From positions 1 to 59,750 of the forward strand of contig SMXQ01000008.1 of NCBI GenBank assembly GCA_004356985.1: DNA of 59,750 nt. The letters run 5' to 3'. Positions 57,383 to 59,750 of this stretch are shown one piece after another. Made by a program: the position numbers and the translations under genes. Origin of the DNA: Alphaproteobacteria bacterium (lineage in GTDB: Bacteria; Pseudomonadota; Alphaproteobacteria; SMXQ01). Each line of letters starts with the position of its first letter. The stretch's first letter is position 1. A model generated the notes under the pieces. That model did no database searches. It was not told where the DNA came from and was given only the letters and a program-made list of their open reading frames with translations.

Positions 57383-58894
57383 ATGGACTGCCTGCCCCTG
57401 TACGGCGCCTTCGCGGATGATTACGCGGCGGGGCGGCCGCAACTCGTCTGGACCCGGCTGGTGGCCGATCTCGAGACCCCGGTATCGGCCTTTTTGAAGC
57501 TCGCCCACGGGGAGCCCATGAGCTTCCTTTTCGAATCCGTCGAAGGCGGTGCCACGCGGGGACGCTATTCCTTCATCGGCCTCAAACCGGACCTGATCTG
57601 GCGCTGCCGCGGCGCGGCCGCGGAGATCAACAGAAACGCCATCGAGGACGCGGACGCCTTCACCCCCGAGGCCGAAGAGACCTTGGCCTCGCTGGCGTCG
57701 CTCCTCGCCGAATGCGCCATGGACACGCCTCCGGAACTGCCGCCCATGGCGGCGGGGCTGTTCGGTTACATGGGCTACGACATGGTGCGCCTCATCGAAC
57801 GCCTGCCCGACGACAATCCCGATACCCTGGGCGTGCCCGACGGCATCTTCCTGCGCCCGACGGTGATCGCCATCTTCGACAATATAGAGGACGTGGTGAT
57901 GCTCATCACCCCGGTCTGGCCCGATGACCGGCGCGGGGCGCAAGAGGCCTATGACGCGGCCGCCGTCCGGCTCGGCGAAATGGTGGACGCCTTCGCCGCC
58001 CCCCTTGACCACGCGCTCCTGAACCCGCCCCCCGGGGAGGCGCCGGCGCCGGTGCCGGTCTCCAACACCACGCGCGAGGCCTATCACGCCATGGTGCGCC
58101 GGGCCAAGGAATACATCCTCGCGGGCGACATCTTCCAGGTGGTGCCGTCCCAGCGCTTCTCGGTGCCGTTCACCCTGCCGCCTTTCACCCTCTACCGGTC
58201 GCTCAGGCGCCTCAACCCCTCGCCCTTCCTTTTCTTTCTCGATTTCGGCGCGTTCTCGGTGGTCGGATCCAGCCCCGAGATCCTGGTGCGCCTGCGCGCC
58301 GGCACCGTCACCATCCGCCCCATCGCCGGGACCAGGCCGCGGGGCGCCGACGCGGCGGAAGACCAGCGCCTGGAAGACGACCTGCTGGCCGATCCCAAGG
58401 AAATCGCCGAGCACCTGATGCTGCTCGACCTTGGGCGCAACGACGTCGGGCGGGTCTCCAAGATCGGCAGCGTCCACGTGACCGAGCAGATGAAGATCGA
58501 ACGCTATTCCCACGTGATGCACATCGTGTCCAATGTCGAAGGCGAAATCAGCGATGGCCTGAGCGCGCTGGACGCGCTGGGCGCCGGGTTCCCGGCCGGC
58601 ACCGTGTCCGGGGCGCCCAAGGTCCGGGCCATGGAAATCATCGATGAGCTGGAATGCACCCGGCGCGGCATTTACGGCGGCTCGGTCGGCTATTTCGCGG
58701 CCAACGGTTCCATGGACCATTGCATCGCCTTGCGCACGGCGGTGGTCAAGGACGGGACCATCTTCGTGCAGGCCGGCGGCGGCGTGGTCGCCGATTCGGA
58801 CCCGGAAGCGGAATACCAGGAAAGCTGCAACAAGGCCCAGGCCTTGATCCGCGCCGCCGAGGAGGCCGTCGCCTTCGCCGCGCGCTCGGAATAG
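57383..58894 (+). CDS. trpE: Anthranilate synthase component I
   Basis: D.ETP, LFESV, NPSPF, SSPEIL, PIAGT, EHLMLLDLGRND, GAPKVRAM. Confidence 0.96.
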   Translation: MDCLPLYGAFADDYAAGRPQLVWTRLVADLETPVSAFLKLAHGEPMSFLFESVEGGATRGRYSFIGLKPDLIWRCRGAAAEINRNAIEDADAFTPEAEETLASLASLLAECAMDTPPELPPMAAGLFGYMGYDMVRLIERLPDDNPDTLGVPDGIFLRPTVIAIFDNIEDVVMLITPVWPDDRRGAQEAYDAAAVRLGEMVDAFAAPLDHALLNPPPGEAPAPVPVSNTTREAYHAMVRRAKEYILAGDIFQVVPSQRFSVPFTLPPFTLYRSLRRLNPSPFLFFLDFGAFSVVGSSPEILVRLRAGTVTIRPIAGTRPRGADAAEDQRLEDDLLADPKEIAEHLMLLDLGRNDVGRVSKIGSVHVTEQMKIERYSHVMHIVSNVEGEISDGLSALDALGAGFPAGTVSGAPKVRAMEIIDELECTRRGIYGGSVGYFAANGSMDHCIALRTAVVKDGTIFVQAGGGVVADSDPEAEYQESCNKAQALIRAAEEAVAFAARSE

Positions 58895-59028
58895 CCCCGC
58901 CTGGGCCAACGGTCGCGCCAGCGGAACACGCCGAGCCAATGAGCCCGAGGGCCCGAAGGCCGATTGCGGGCGAAGATGGGTGTTGGCATAATGGCCGCCA
59001 GCCGCCGGTCCACCATGGAGCTTTCCCG

Positions 59029-59640
59029 ATGCCTCGCCTCGCCCTCCTCGCCTTGATCCTCGGCCTCGCCCTGTGGCCCCCGGCGCCGCCCGCCCGGGCC
59101 CAGTTGCTCGACTTCCTGACCGCGCCCAAGACCTTGTTCGACCGCCTCATCGAAGCGCGGTCTACCTCAGACATCCTGGAGGACAACAGGATCGTCGCCG
59201 AGGTCAACGGCATCATGATTGACTTGGGCACCATCAAGGCATCGACGGAGATTTACGAACAACGGCTGTTGATCACCGGCATGTTCAACGACCGGAAACT
59301 CTACGACAAGTTCCTCGCCGACGTGAAAAAGATCACCGGCGTCAAAAAGCTTTACTGGCACGTGACCCACATGACGGAGAAAGAACAGGAGCGCCGGGAA
59401 GAGAAGAAAGAACTGTTGCAATGGGTCGACGCGGTTTCCCTGGACGTCAGTGTCGGCCTCAACCTGGTGGGCACCCTCAGCATCGCCGACGTGAATTTCC
59501 GCGTCGCCGTGGACGCCTATTCCAACGTTTATTTGATGGGCCGAGCGCGCTCCCAACCGGAGATGGACAAGGCCATCAAGGTGTCGCGGGAAACCGAAGG
59601 GGTCAAGAAGCTTTACAATTACGCCATCGTCCGGCCGTAG
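59029..59640 (+). CDS. Secreted double BON-domain protein (OsmY/DolP-like)
   Basis: Signal peptide ending ARA-Q; two repeats (LLITG..GVKKLY, VYLMGRA..GVKKLYNY); RBS GGAG. Confidence 0.75.
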   Translation: MPRLALLALILGLALWPPAPPARAQLLDFLTAPKTLFDRLIEARSTSDILEDNRIVAEVNGIMIDLGTIKASTEIYEQRLLITGMFNDRKLYDKFLADVKKITGVKKLYWHVTHMTEKEQERREEKKELLQWVDAVSLDVSVGLNLVGTLSIADVNFRVAVDAYSNVYLMGRARSQPEMDKAIKVSRETEGVKKLYNYAIVRP

Positions 59641-59750
59641 AATCGGGGCCCGGTCGAGGGGTAATCTCGCCGGGGCGTGCTTTCTTCCCCCGGGGCAAGC
59701 TGCTATAAGGGGCGATCAAGCCTTCTATTTCAGTTTAGAAATAATCTTCA

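Overview
High-GC alphaproteobacterial (Rhodospirillales-like) chromosomal segment, mostly core housekeeping genes and apparently spanning the replication terminus. From left to right it holds: (1) the edge of a probable integrated element, with a DUF488 gene cut by the window end and a tRNA-Ser(TGA) truncated exactly after its anticodon loop; (2) an accessory block (frameshifted mini-MCP, VOC protein, PAS/HD-GYP, AsmA, amidohydrolase-YciI); (3) mltB-rlpA-dacA-tmk-holB-metG-[Sel1, PEP-mutase family]-tatD-MBL; (4) a dif site with an abutting perfect TTAA-N7-TTAA (CtrA-type) box, near where gene orientation flips; (5) GNAT, mazG, a beta-hydroxyacid dehydrogenase and a CTAG-flanked MITE; (6) a CIRCE-regulated groES-groES-groEL operon whose first GroES has a 29-aa His/Cys tail; (7) dusB-ntrBC-ntrYX-trkA-dat-HAD-hfq-hflX; (8) ispDF-pgpA-cinA and frmA; (9) tpiA-secG-pyrG-kdsA-eno-ftsB-pdhABC-lpdA-lipA-ratA; (10) ppiD-trpE and a BON protein. 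All calls come from reading motifs by eye; no database searches were run.
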